In this document: positions 1 through 15,415 of the stretch, piece after piece
Position numbering within the stretch: position 1 is the stretch's first letter
Layout of the letters: every line of letters starts with the position of its first letter
Assembly: GCA_964016885.1 (NCBI GenBank)
Contig: OZ024742.1
Coordinates: forward strand, 45,446,001-45,510,000
DNA length: 64,000 nt
Origin: Eledone cirrhosa
Lineage: Eukaryota
Direction of reading: 5' to 3'
Made by a program: the position numbers and the translations under genes
Notes under the pieces: generated by a model
Told to the model about the DNA's origin: nothing
What the model saw: the letters and a program-made list of their open reading frames with translations, nothing else
The model's database searches: none

Positions 1-1075
1 TGTGTGTTCCCCGGATCTATAGGTGATCAGGTGATTGTCACGTTTTTTGAAGTTAGTGTTACAGATAGTTAGGTTATTTGCATCACAGAATTCCAGGATT
101 CTGGAGCCTTCCTCATTTCTAGTACCAAACCCATAGCCTCCATGGATTTCGTCATAGCCGTCACAACGTTGTCCAACGTGACCATTTAGGTCGCCTGCGA
201 TAATTATATAGTCACTGTCGGATATTTGGGAGGTAGTTAGCATCAGTGTCTCATAGAATCTGTCTTTTATAGTGCCGGGCAGTCCGGATTGGGGTGCGTA
301 CGCAGATATTACTGTCACCGTAGTTCTATTGAGGACAAGTCGTATTTTAATTATTCTGTCGTTCACTCTATTTACGTCTATTATCTTATCTGCCCACTTT
401 TCTGCTACCATGATTCCTACTCCACCCAGCCCATCGTCGTTTCCCACCCAGAAAAGCTTATAACATCGTTTTTTACCCTCAATAAACCTAGCAGACCCAC
501 CCCTCCACCTGGTCTCTTGAATACAACAAACATCGACCTCCTTACGTTCAAGCATTTCTACAACCTCGTTAGAGCGACCCTTTAAGGTGCCTACATTCAT
601 GGTACCAACTCTGAAGTTTTGGATTGCGTTTGGGGGTTGGGGGCGGTGGGGGGCGCGGGGCGATGGGGTTATGTTAGCCGTCCGCGGTCGAAACAATGAG
701 GAGTGCTCGCATTCTCGTCCAAGAGGTGAATTTGTCTTTATCTTTGGCATTGTCGCTGAGCGTCCAGATTTTTCTCTCTCTCTCCTCCACTCTCCAGGAT
801 TCCGCAGTCCATCCATCCATCCATCATATATCGAAAGGCAACCAGGCAAGCGATAGTATAGGCCTCTGGCTTCTGATTGGTCCGCGTAATAATACTGGTG
901 ATGCGTGGGGGCTCTGGCTTATGATTGGTCCACGTAATAGCAATGGTGGTGCGTGGGGGAGGGAGGGGTGTTGGGTAGCTAGATAGAAGGTAATGATTGA
1001 ATGGGGTCCTTGCATTTCACAAGCGATTAACAAAAATACAAAATTTGTTCTGTTCAATACGACCAAAAACTTTCG

Positions 1076-1077
<2 letters not shown>
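1..1077 (-). mobile_element. RTE-clade LINE family A, 5' UTR and APE endonuclease region; runs off the window start
   Basis: Reverse complement closely matches 5100-6020. The frame from ATG 750 reads MPKIK...FRVGTMNVGTLKGR...IQETRW...SAYAPQ...IAGDLNGHVG with no stop seen. Confidence 0.9.
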
Positions 1078-3231
<2,154 letters not shown>

Positions 3232-3234
<3 letters not shown>

Positions 3235-3599
3235 TTTACGTATCGAGAAAGAGAGAAAAAAAGGAGGGATAGGTGATACATATAGTTATTTGCCAAGTAG
3301 CGTATGCCAAAGGTGCTCGATACTAGTGCCGGCAGTATTAAATATTCGAAGTGTTAATATTTAGTGGGCTAGAGAGTTAGCAGAGCGTAAGCACGTGGGA
3401 AAGTAAAAAATCGGAGAATAGACCGTTAAAACATGTTTATTTAAAATATCACCTACGTACGTTTCGCCCAGTTGGGCTTCTCAAGGGCATAAATAATCAC
3501 AAGTGTTCCTTATATAGTTCGGAAAGAGTTTTGGGGGTTAAATCCACATCAAGATTCATTGCTCGCAAAAATATCTTGTTTTGATTTTGCAGCAGGTCG
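3232..3599 (-). mobile_element. 3' end of a Penelope-like element embedded in TA arrays
   Basis: Minus-strand peptide end ...AMNLDVDLTPKTLSELYKEHL* is followed at once by a minimal hammerhead-like motif (3448-3490). Confidence 0.55.
3448..3490 (-). ncRNA. Minimal type I hammerhead-like motif, U3-A8 variant
   Basis: Minus strand: cc-TTGAGAA-gccc aact gggc-GAAA-cgtacg-TA-gg. Stem II is perfect, stem III palindromic, stem I short. Confidence 0.6.
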
Positions 3600-3756
3600 T
3601 ATATATATACATATTGTATATATATACAATATATATATATACAATATATATACAATATATATATATACAATATATATATACAATATATATATATATATAA
3701 TATATATATACTATAATATATATACAATATATATATATACAATATATATATATACA

Positions 3757-3790
<34 letters not shown>

Positions 3791-3956
3791 CAATATATAT
3801 ATATACAATATATATATAATATATATACAATATATATATATACAATATATATATATATATATACAATATATATATATATATACAATATATATATATATAT
3901 ACAATATTTATATATATACAATATATATATATATATACAATATATATATATATACA

Positions 3957-3987
<31 letters not shown>

Positions 3988-4174
3988 ATATATATATACA
4001 ATATATATATATATATATACGATATATATATACAATATATATATATATATAATATATATATATCTATACAATATATATATATATTATACAATATATATAT
4101 ATATATAATATATATACGATATATAATATACAATATATATATATATATAATATATATATATCTATACAATATAT

Positions 4175-4206
<32 letters not shown>

Positions 4207-4213
4207 TGTATAG

Positions 4214-4244
<31 letters not shown>

Positions 4245-4245
4245 C

Positions 4246-4334
<89 letters not shown>

Positions 4335-4648
4335 NNNNNNNNNNNNNNNNNNNNNNNNNNNNNNNNNNNNNNNNNNNNNNNNNNNNNNNNNNNNNNNNNN
4401 NNNNNNNNNNNNNNNNNNNNNNNNNNNNNNNNNNNNNNNNNNNNNNNNNNNNNNNNNNNNNNNNNNNNNNNNNNNNNNNNNNNNNNNNNNNNNNNNNNNN
4501 NNNNNNNNNNNNNNNNNNNNNNNNNNNNNNNNNNATATATACAATATATATATATATATATACAATATATATATATATATGTATACAATATATATATATA
4601 CAATATATATATATATATACAATATATATATATACAATATATATATAT

Positions 4649-4688
<40 letters not shown>

Positions 4689-4827
4689 ATATATATACAA
4701 TATATATATATATATAATATATATATATCTATACAATATATATATATATATAATATATATATATCTATACAATATATATATATATATAATATATATATAT
4801 ATATATAATATATATACAAATATATAT

Positions 4828-4859
<32 letters not shown>

Positions 4860-4914
4860 CAATATATATATACAATATATATATACAATATATATATTAT
4901 ATATATATATATAT

Positions 4915-4961
<47 letters not shown>

Positions 4962-4970
4962 TATATATAT

Positions 4971-5008
<38 letters not shown>

Positions 5009-5031
5009 ATATATATACAATATATATATAT
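3600..5031. repeat. Interrupted (TA)n array containing the assembly gap
   Basis: Read directly. Confidence 0.97.
4335..4534. other. Scaffold gap of 200 N
   Basis: Run of exactly 200 N. Confidence 1.
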
Positions 5032-8000
5032 ATTTTCGTTTATTGTTAAATTATGCCCAAAATACGGCGATCTTATCTTAAACCTTACATTCTCGCTAAC
5101 AACCCATCATCCCTCCCTCCCGCCCCCACGCACCACCATTATTACGTGGACCAATCATAAGTCAGAGGCCCATACTATCGCCTAACTGGTTGCTTTTCGA
5201 TATGATGGATGGACTACGGAATTCTGGAGAGTTGAAGAGAGAAAAATGTGGACGCTCAGCGACAATGCCAAAGATAAAGCCAAATTCACCTCGTGGACGA
5301 GAATGCAAGCACTCCTCCTTGTTTCGGCCCAGGATGGCTAACATAACCCCCCCCCCCCCCCCCCCCCGCGCCCCACCGCTCCCACCATCCAAACGCAATC
5401 CAAAACTTCAGAGTTGGTACATGAATGTAGGTACCTTAAAGGGTCGCTCTAACGAGGTTGTAGAAATGCTTGAACGTAAGGAAGTCGATGTTTGTTGTAT
5501 TCAAGAGACCAGGTGGAGGGGAGGGTCGGCTAGATTCATCATGGGTAAAGAACGATGCTATAAGCTTTTCTGGGTGGGAAATGACAATGGGTTGGGTGGG
5601 GTAGGAATCATGGTAGCAGAAAAGTGGGCAGATAAGATAATAGACGTAAATAGAGTGAACGACAGAATAATTAAAATAAGACTTGTCCTCAATAAAACTA
5701 CGGTGACAGTAATATCTGCGTACGCACCCCAATCCGGACTGCCCCGCGCTATAAAAGAGAAAATTCTACGAGACACTGATGCTCGCTACCTCCCAAATAA
5801 CCGACAGTGACTATATAGTTATTGCAGGCGACCTAAATGGTCACGTTGGACAACATTGTGACGGCTATGACGGAATCCATGGAGGCTATGGGTTCGGTAC
5901 TAGAAATGAGGAAGGCTCCAGAATCCTGGAATTCTGCGACGCAAATAACTTAACTATCTGTAACACTAACTTCAAAAAACGAGACAATCACTTGATCACC
6001 TATAGATCGGGGGAACACACAAGCCAGGTAGATTATATCCTTACCAGAAGACGTGACAGAGTGTCTGTTGTTAACACTAAATCCCACCCCCATGAAGAAT
6101 TCACCTCCCAACATAGACTGATAATTAGCGACCTCATAGTCAGGACGAGACGTACTAGACAGCGGAAGAGGACTATCATCAGGAGAAAAATATGGAAGCT
6201 AAAGGACCCCATAGCCAGAAATAAATTCCAAAGCATATTACTTGACGCTTTCGACAGTAAGGAAGAGCAATTAGAGTCGTATAATATAGAGGAACAGTGG
6301 GAATTCCTGAGAGCAAACCTGCTGACGGCGGCAGACGAAGTCTGTGGCTGGAGCAGGCCTGTAGGTAGGAGGAGAGTAACATGGTGGTGGAACAGTAAGG
6401 TGGAGGAGTCAATTAAGGCCAAAAAGCAGGCTTGGAAAGTATGGCGGGATGGGGGAAGTAGAGAAGACTATCAAGTGGCCAGGAGGGAAGCTAGGAGACA
6501 AGTGTACTTCGCAAGAAGGGAAGCAGAGGAAAGAAAGTTCAAGCATGTTCTACAACGTGAGGACCAAAAACGTGAGGTGTTCAGGATTGCCAGGCAATGT
6601 GTCAAGGAAAACCGTGATATTGTCGGGGAGAAGTGTGTACTTAACGATGATGGCATACTTGCCATCACCGACGCTGATAAGAAGGTAGCTTGGAAGTGTC
6701 ACTACGAAAGGCTTCTAAATGAGGAGAACAAATGGGAGAAAGACAGTCTCCCCCAGATTGATCCAATAGAGGGACCAGCAGTGTTAGTTGAAGGTAGTAT
6801 AATAAGTAAGGCAATCAAAGATATGAAGACGGGTAAGGCGGCTGGGCCTTCGGAAATAGTTGCTGAGATGCTGAAGGCATCTGGTTCGGTGGGACACACC
6901 ATGGTCACCCGGATAGTTAACCAAGTCGTACAGAATGGGGTTATTCCGAAGGAATGGCGTAGCAGCATCATCGTTAACTGCTATAAGGGAAAAGGAGATG
7001 CCCTAGATAGGAGTAACTATAGAGGCATTAAATTAATCGACCAGGTCATGAAGGTCACGGAAAAAGTAATAGCGCAACTAATCAGAGAGAGAATTGATCT
7101 AGATGAAATGCAGTTCGGGTTTGTGTCAGGCAAAAGTACCACAGACGCTCTTTTCATTGTACGACAACTACAGGAGAAGTACCTAGCTAAAAGTAAACCC
7201 CTATACTTAGCTTTCGTCGACTTGGAGAAAGCCTTCGACAGAGTCCCCCGTTCCATTATCTGGTGGTCTCTTAGAAAACTAGGTGTTGACGAATGGCTTG
7301 TGAGAGCTATACAAGCCATGTATAAAGAAACAGTCAGTAAGGTTAGAATTAACAACGAATATAGTGAAGAGTTTAGCGTAAAAGTTGGTGTCCATCAGGG
7401 CTCTGTTCTTAGCCCCCTACTATTTATTATTGCCCTTCAGGCTATAACAGAGGAGTTCAAGACCGGCTGCCCATGGGAACTCCTATACGCAGATGATCTA
7501 ACGCTCATAGCTGAATCAATGACCGAACTAGAGAAGAAATTCCAAACGTGGAAGCACGGCCTAGAATCAAAAGGCCTTAAAATTAACCTGGCTAAGACTA
7601 AAGTTCTAGTTTGTAGGAAAGAAAATAAGGCGGCGGTCCCATCGGGGAAATGGCCATGCTCAGTGTGTAGGAAAGGCGTAGGTAGAAACTCCATTTTATG
7701 TCCCAAATGCAAAGTATGGGTGCATAAAAGATGTAGTGGGATCACAGGTAAGCTAACTAAGAACATAGATTTTACATGTGGCCGGTGCTCTGGTGCAATA
7801 AGTAGCAGCAAGTGCCCACAAAATACTAGCTCCTTCAACTGCGCAGAGGGTTCTATAGAAATAGTGGACAGCTTCCGTTATCTGGGTGACAAAATCAGCA
7901 GTGGGGGAGGGTGCTCTGAAAGTACAGTAGCTAGAGTCAGAACTGGATGGAAAAAGTTCAGAGAGCTTATACCACTATTAGCCGCTAGAGGGTTTTCCCT

Positions 8001-8952
8001 AAAAATGAAAGGCAGGTTATACGATGCCTGCATACGAACAGCAATGCTGCATGGCAGTGAGACCTGGGCATTGTGTGCAGAGGATATACGCAGACTAGAG
8101 AGGAACGAAGCTTGCATGCTCCGCTGGATGTGCAATAGTAATATACGTGAACGGCAAAGCATAAACGAACTAAGGAAAAAATTAGAAATAAGAGGGATCA
8201 GATGTTGTTTACTCGAGAGAAGGCTACGTTGGTACGGTCACGTGATGCGCATGAAAGACGACAGCTGTATAACAAAGTGCAGGGCAATAAAGATAGACGG
8301 TAGCCACGGAGTAGGCAGACCCAGAAAAACATGGGACGAGCTGATAAATTCCGACCTCACACGCTTACACCTCTCCAAGACAATGTCACTGGACCGAGAC
8401 CTTTGGCGGTACTCAGTAATAGAGAAGACCCGCCTTACCTAAATACAAAGTAAAAACCTACTACAGTCAGTAGGCATCTCTATCAAAACACACCCCCGTT
8501 CCACCACCTCCACCCCACCCACACCGGCCCTTTCAATGTAAAGTTATGTTGGTCCCACAACACCCAGGCCGAAACAAATGAGATCGTGTAGGTGTCACGA
8601 CAAAAAACACACAGTCCACGCTGTAAATGTGGCCGTGTAGGCAACACGGTAAAAACCTCCCAGCCCCACACTGTAAATGTGGTTGGTGTTAGGAAGGGCA
8701 TCCAGCTGTAGAAAACCCGCCAGACAGTCCACGCTGTAATGTGGCCGTGTAGGCAACACGGTAAAAACCTCCCAGCCCCACACTGTAAATGTGGTTGGTG
8801 TTAGGAAGGGCATCCAACTGTAGAAAACCCGCCAGACAGTCCTATGCGAGCAAGACAACCACTCTTGCCTCAAGTGGGAAAACCCCCGTCCAAACCCATG
8901 CAAGCGTGGAACACGGACGCTAAACCTGATGATGATGATGATGATGATGATG
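5032..8952 (+). mobile_element. Near full-length RTE-clade LINE family A (APE + RT + PHD-like finger) with (GAT)n tail
   Basis: ORFs 5190-5810 and 5779-8442 carry APE motifs (QETRW, GDLNGHVG, DYIL) and RT motifs ([37 protein letters not shown]). The 3' UTR ends in (GAT)n; TA arrays on both sides. Confidence 0.95.
5190..8442 (+). pseudogene. RTE APE-RT polyprotein, frameshifted near 5760
   Basis: Versus the minus-strand copy there is one extra base at about 5759-5763 and one missing base at about 5420. The 887-aa downstream ORF is intact. Confidence 0.85.
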
Positions 8953-9015
8953 ATATATATATATATATATACAATATATATATATATACCATATATATAT
9001 ATACCATATATATAT

Positions 9016-9051
<36 letters not shown>

Positions 9052-9659
9052 ATATATATATACAACATATATATATACAATATATATATATATACTATAT
9101 ATATATATATATACAATATATATATATATACCATATATATATATATACCATATATATATATATACAATATATATATATATACCATATATATATATATACC
9201 ATATATATATATATACAATATATATATATATACAATATATATATATATACCATATATATATATATACCATATATATATATATACAATATATATATATATA
9301 CCATATATATATATATACAATATATATATATACAATATATATATATATACCATATATATATATATACCATATATATATATACCATATATATATATACCAT
9401 ATATATATATATACCATATATATATATATATACAATATATATATATATATATACAATATATATATATATATATATACAATATATATATATATATACAATA
9501 TATATATATATACAATATATATATATATACAATATATATATATATATACAATATATATATATATATACAATATATATATATATATACAATATATATATAT
9601 ATATACAATATATATATATATACAATATATATATATATATACAATATATATATATATAT

Positions 9660-9695
<36 letters not shown>

Positions 9696-9712
9696 ATATA
9701 TATATATATACA

Positions 9713-9743
<31 letters not shown>

Positions 9744-9843
9744 ATATATGTATATATATATATACAATATATATATATATATATACATACAATATATATA
9801 TATACAATATATATATATATATATACAATATATATATATATAT

Positions 9844-9883
<40 letters not shown>

Positions 9884-10236
9884 ATATATATATATATATA
9901 CAATATATATATATATATACAATATATATATATATATACAATATATATATATATATATACAATATATATATATACATACAATATATATATATATATACAA
10001 TATATATATATATATATACAATATATATATATACATACAATATATATATATATATACAATATATATATATATATATACAATATATATATATACAATATAT
10101 ATATATATACAATATATATATATATACAATATATATATATATACAATATATATATATATACAATATATATATATATATATATACAATATATATATATATA
10201 CAATATATATATATACAATATATATATATATACAAT
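8953..10236. repeat. Interrupted (TA)n array (CCA interruptions, then CAA)
   Basis: Read directly. Confidence 0.97.
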
Positions 10237-10661
10237 TGGACCGAGACCTTTGGCGGTACTCAGTAACAGAGAAGACCCGCCTTGCCAGTAGGCATCTCTA
10301 ACAAAATACACCCCGTCCCACCACCACCACCCCCACCCCATCCACACCACCCCGTCCTATGTAAAGTTATGTTGGTGCCGCGCCATCCGGGCCGAAACAA
10401 ATGAGATCGTGTAGGTGTCACGACAAAAAAACACACAGTCCACGCTGTAATGTGGCCGTGTAGGCAACACGGTAAAAACCTCCCAGACCCACACTGTAAA
10501 TGTGGTTGGTGTTAGGAAGGGCATCCAACTGTAGAAAACCTGCCAGACAGTCCTATGCGAGCAAGACAATCACTCTTGCCTCAAGTGGGACTACCCCCGT
10601 CCAAACCCATGCAAGCGTGGAACACGGACGTTAAACGTTGATGATGATGATGATGATGATG
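10237..10661 (+). mobile_element. RTE family A 3'-end fragment with (GAT)n tail
   Basis: Matches 8389-8952 (DRDLWRYSV + 3' UTR) without the internal 3'-UTR duplication. Confidence 0.9.
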
Positions 10662-11558
10662 ACAATATATATATATACAATATATATATATACAATATAT
10701 ATATATACAATATATATATATACAATATATATATATACAATATATATATATACAATATATATATATACAATATATATATATATATATATATATACAATAT
10801 ATATATATATATACAATATATATATATACAATATATATATATATACAATATATATATATATATACAATATATATATATACAATATATATATACAATATAT
10901 ATATATATATATATATATACAATATATATATATATACAATATATATATATATATATACAATATATATATATATATACAATATATATATATATATATACAA
11001 TATATATATATATATATACAATATATATATAAATATATACAATATATATATATATATATACAATATATATATATATATATATATACAATATATATATAAA
11101 TATATACAATATATATATATATATATATATATACAATATATATATATATATATATACAATATATATATATATATATATACAATATATATATATATATATA
11201 TACACAATATATATATATATACATACAATATATATATATATACAATATATATATATATATATATACAATATATATATATATATATATATACAATATATAT
11301 ATATATATATACATACAATATATATATATATATATACAATATATATATATATATACAATATATATATATATATATACAATATATATATATATATATATAC
11401 ACAATATATATATATATACATACAATATATATATATATACAATATATATATATATATATATACACAATATATATATATATATATATATACAATATATATA
11501 TATACAATATATATATATATATATACAATATATATATATATATATACAATATATATAT

Positions 11559-11596
<38 letters not shown>

Positions 11597-11642
11597 CAAT
11601 ATATATATATACAATATCATCATCAATATATATATATATATA
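10662..11642. repeat. Interrupted (TA)n array
   Basis: Read directly. Confidence 0.97.
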
Positions 11643-13024
11643 TATGTAAATATGATAATAATGGAGCTGCGGCGTTGCAAATGGGATACATATGAAAAAG
11701 TGAGTCCTCAGCTCCATTATTATCATATTTACACATATATTTTTTCCATGCTGCCTCGTCTGTTTCGTTCCTTGTATCTTTACCCTTTCTAGCAGTCTCT
11801 CTCTCTCTGTTAGCCTCCTCCTCAACTTTCACTCACTCATTCTCTGTCACTACCTCTCCTCCTCCTCCTTCAAGTTTGACCTGTGTGTAATTCTTTTCTC
11901 GCGCGGTCTTGACCAAGCTGGTATGGAATTTTTTTCTCTCTCTCTTTCGTCTGCGACTTCACAAAACTTACGTTTACTGAATTCGTAGAACAGACCCCTT
12001 TATCTTCTTCTTCTTCTTCTTCTTCCTCTTCTCTCCTTTCTATCTCTCTTTTTTCCCCCCCCGTCAAACTTGGGCGAAATTCTTTCCTTGCTCACATTTC
12101 AACCAGGTTTGATGGTCTTTTGTCTCTTGTTCACGATTTCACAGAGTTTATATTCATAGAGATCTGGGACTTGTCTATTTCTACTCACTTTCCGTTGCTT
12201 AAACTTTTTTGTTGTTACCCTGGCGTCCCCTTTGTTTACGTGTCCCAACGACTTTTTTTAGCCGTTGTTCGCACCAACCTGAGGCATATGGCCCTTAAAG
12301 CGATGAAATGCCTAGGACGGTTGGAGGGTCACTGATGAAGGACTCACTTTTTCATATGTATCCCATTTGCAACGCCGCAGCTCCATTATTATCATATTTA
12401 CACATATATTTTTTCCATGCTGCCTCGTCTGTTTCGTTCCTTGTATCTTTGCCCTTTCTAGCAGTCTCTCTCTCTGTTAGCCTCCTCCTCAACTTTCACT
12501 CACTCATTCTCTGTCACTACCTCTCCCCCTCCTCTTTCCTCCTCCTCCTTCAAGTTTGACCTGTGTGTAATTCTTTTCTCGCGCGGTCTTGACCAAGCTG
12601 GTATGGAATTTTTTTCTCTCTCTCTTTCGTCTGCGACTTCACAAAACTTACGTTTACCGAATTCGTAGACCAGACCCCTTTATCTTCTTCTTCTTCCTCT
12701 TCTCTCCTTTCTATCTCTCTTTTTTCCACCCCCGTCAAACTTGGGCGAAATTCTTTCCTTGCTCACATTTCAACCAGGTTTGATGGTCTTTTGTCTCTTG
12801 TTCAAGATTTCACCGAGTTTATATTCATAGAGATCTGGGACTTGTCTATTTCTTCTCACTTTCCGTTGCTTAAACTTTTTTGTTGTTACCCTGGCGTCCC
12901 CTTTGTTTACGTGTCCCAACGACTTTTTTTAGCCGTTGTTCGCACCAACCTGAGGCATATGGCCCTTAAAGCGATGAAATGCCTAGGACGGTTGGAGGGT
13001 CACTGATGAAGGACTCACTTTTTC

Positions 13025-13028
<4 letters not shown>
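11643..13028 (+). repeat. About 670-bp tandem dimer with an inverted 5' cap; probable non-autonomous PLE pseudo-LTR unit
   Basis: 11709-12377 repeats at 12378-13028. 11643-11708 is the reverse complement of about 12338-12405. Both ends lie in TA tracts. Confidence 0.7.
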
Positions 13029-13057
<29 letters not shown>

Positions 13058-13089
13058 CAATATATATATATATAAACAATATATATATA

Positions 13090-15415
13090 TTCATTAGTTA
13101 AGCAAAGCAAGACCGCAAATTTCACAAGGAAGATATTATTAAAAGATTGTTAACATATTTTAGTTCGATGTAAGGAATTTAGTGAATAATAATAATAATA
13201 TTAATAATAATAATGTCCATTTACAATTGTTTCGCTACTCCATATAATATTTCTGGATCAGATGACTATATATCATAATTGATCTGGTTCAGTTGAAAAT
13301 AATTAACATATTTAAAAGACAGCGGCTCATCGGAACTTCAAAGGAATATAAATTAAAATAATGAGAGGACGTTACATAATATAACGTTCCATATATTGGT
13401 TTTTACTATGGTGTCTTGGTTTCATCAGTTGTCAGCCATAATCCAGCAGTATTCATCTGTCGAGGCTGCATTGTGTGAGATCTGCCTATGGGTAACAAGA
13501 TGGCTGCCAAAGGGCATATTTACCTTACTAATTAGAGGGTGGTTTCAGGGGAAGTAACTCCTCGAGAGATTAGAAATTGTAGGTGTTTATAGTTAAGTGC
13601 TAATTTTTAAATTTTTTTAATTGAGAGACAATTTAGGGGAGGTAACTTATAATTATCCAAGTTGTTCATAGCAATTTAACTTATTAGCTACAAGTAAAAA
13701 TGGGGCTACATGACTAAGTTGGGTCAAATATTCTATTGGCGAAGGAATTGGCCCTTCGATGTTGACAGCTAATAGTTACCTCCGTTCTATCGTTAATCGG
13801 TAGAGGTCGTGATAGAGTTATGTAATATGCTTCCGTAATACAGAGATCACAAGATTTTCCTCATCCATTGAACGGTTGGGCCCTAGCCACGATATCCTAT
13901 TTTAGTGAGTGTTGAACGTTGTTTAATTTAAGGTTTTTAATGAGCCTAGCTAGCGATGTCGAACATCTGTTGCTAGGGTCTCGGAAGGAAAAAGAGTGTG
14001 CATGATAGCGTACCTTAAAAGGATTAGAGGTAGATCCGATATAAGAGCTGGTATTCGAAGCAGTTTTAACTGTGCACCTATAGACTATGTTGGGTGTCAG
14101 GCAGTGTCCATTTAATGGGCATGCATTGGGGTAACGACAGTTGCAGTTGCTTCTGTGGTTAGTGAGAGTAGGGTAGTTTAACCTAAGCGGTAGGTCCGTG
14201 CTAGAAGGATTAGATGGGGGAGGTGTGCTACTAGAGTAATTATTGGTGTAGTGACGTGGTGTATTTGATAGGGGTGGTGGTACCGCGGTGTGGGAGTTAT
14301 ACTGTCTTAGCTTATGATGGTTACTGAATGCGATGTGGCTAGTTAGGTTAGGTGTTGTGGAGAATGATATTTTAATGTTATTTTTATTAAAGAGTTTGTA
14401 ATATCTATAGTTGGGGGTGAAATGTTTAGATTGGATAGAGAAGAAGCATTTGGGGATATTAGTGGCTAGATTAGGTGAGAATGGGGGGTTAAGCCAGGTG
14501 ATATTTCTAGGTCTATTCCTTCTAGGGGTTCTAGTGGAGTTGGTAGAGGTCTTCCTAGGGTTATTATTACCTGGGGAATTGTTATTTGTCATCCCATTTC
14601 TCATTCCTATTCTAGGGCTGATTTTTAGTTTGCTACTTGGAGTGGGGAGCAGGCCGCTGCCACCATTAAACTTCCTTGTATAGGTGCTGTTACTCCTAAA
14701 ATTCCGGCGAATTTGGCTATATGCTAAGGTATTTCTAGTTCTTATGTTAAGTTTATTATGGTGAATTGCTGTGTTATGGCATTTAGGTATGTAATAAATT
14801 GATTGTTCATAACCAGATTCAGAAAGAGCCTTATAATATTGTGCGTGGTTTATAAATATCTCCTCATTTGCTGATAGCATTGAGATCCTATACGAGATAG
14901 ATTTGATTACTGCTCTGATGACTGCCGGTGGGTGGTTAGAGTGTGGACTAATATATGTGAGTATTTCACCTGGTTTATGGTAAGGGTAATATAGGTTATT
15001 GTTGAGATCCAGGGTGACGTTTACTACTTTATGGTTCGGCTCTATAGTGATAGAGAGACCGCTATTTTTAAAGAATCTATGTAATTGTTTTTTTAGCAAA
15101 TCGATTCCCCGAAAAAAAGACAACCTTAACGGTTGGAGCTTCCTATCCAGGAAGCTCCAACCGTTAAGGTTGTCTTTTTTTCCGGGTATGTCAATATTTA
15201 TTTATAAAACAAATCTGTATTTTATCTGATGAAAGCGCACCATAATTTGCCTTGGTTGCCCTTGAAATATGTATAATAAAATAAATATGGTTTTATAAAT
15301 ATAGTTTCCATTTATTAATATATTGTGTATTTACTCCACTAACTGTTGAGTGCTTTATATCAGTTATAAAAATGTTTAAGCTTGTTGAATCCCAACGAAT
15401 TAAATATAACCTCTG
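13090..15415 (-). mobile_element. 5'-truncated Penelope-like element (RT thumb, Cys linker, GIY-YIG)
   Basis: ORF 13897-15123 has SNHPP, WLNPPFS, CNCR..CPLNGHCL, IVYRCTV...YIGST...FKVRY..H. CDLCITE follows after a stop. An inverted pLTR-like block lies at 15145-15415. Confidence 0.85.
15218..15283 (+). ncRNA. Type I hammerhead ribozyme motif
   Basis: tattttat-CTGATGA-aag..acca..tggt..ctt-GAAA-tatgta-TA-ataaaata; perfect 8-bp stem I. Confidence 0.7.

Noticed and set aside
5750-5790. Programmed frameshift or two-ORF organisation in RTE-A
   Set aside because: The sister copy at 1-750 reads through in one frame; this is a one-base insertion or sequencing error.
6033-8162. Antisense ORFs recurring in all RTE copies
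   Set aside because: Shadow frames of the RT coding strand, recurring because the copies are homologous; no recognisable domains.
12332-12345. Hammerhead at CTGATGAAGG in the tandem dimer
   Set aside because: No stem II closure or GAAA/UH found at a workable distance.
13395-13435. Second hammerhead in the PLE 3' region (minus-strand CTGATGA)
   Set aside because: GAAA and helices too degenerate to support.
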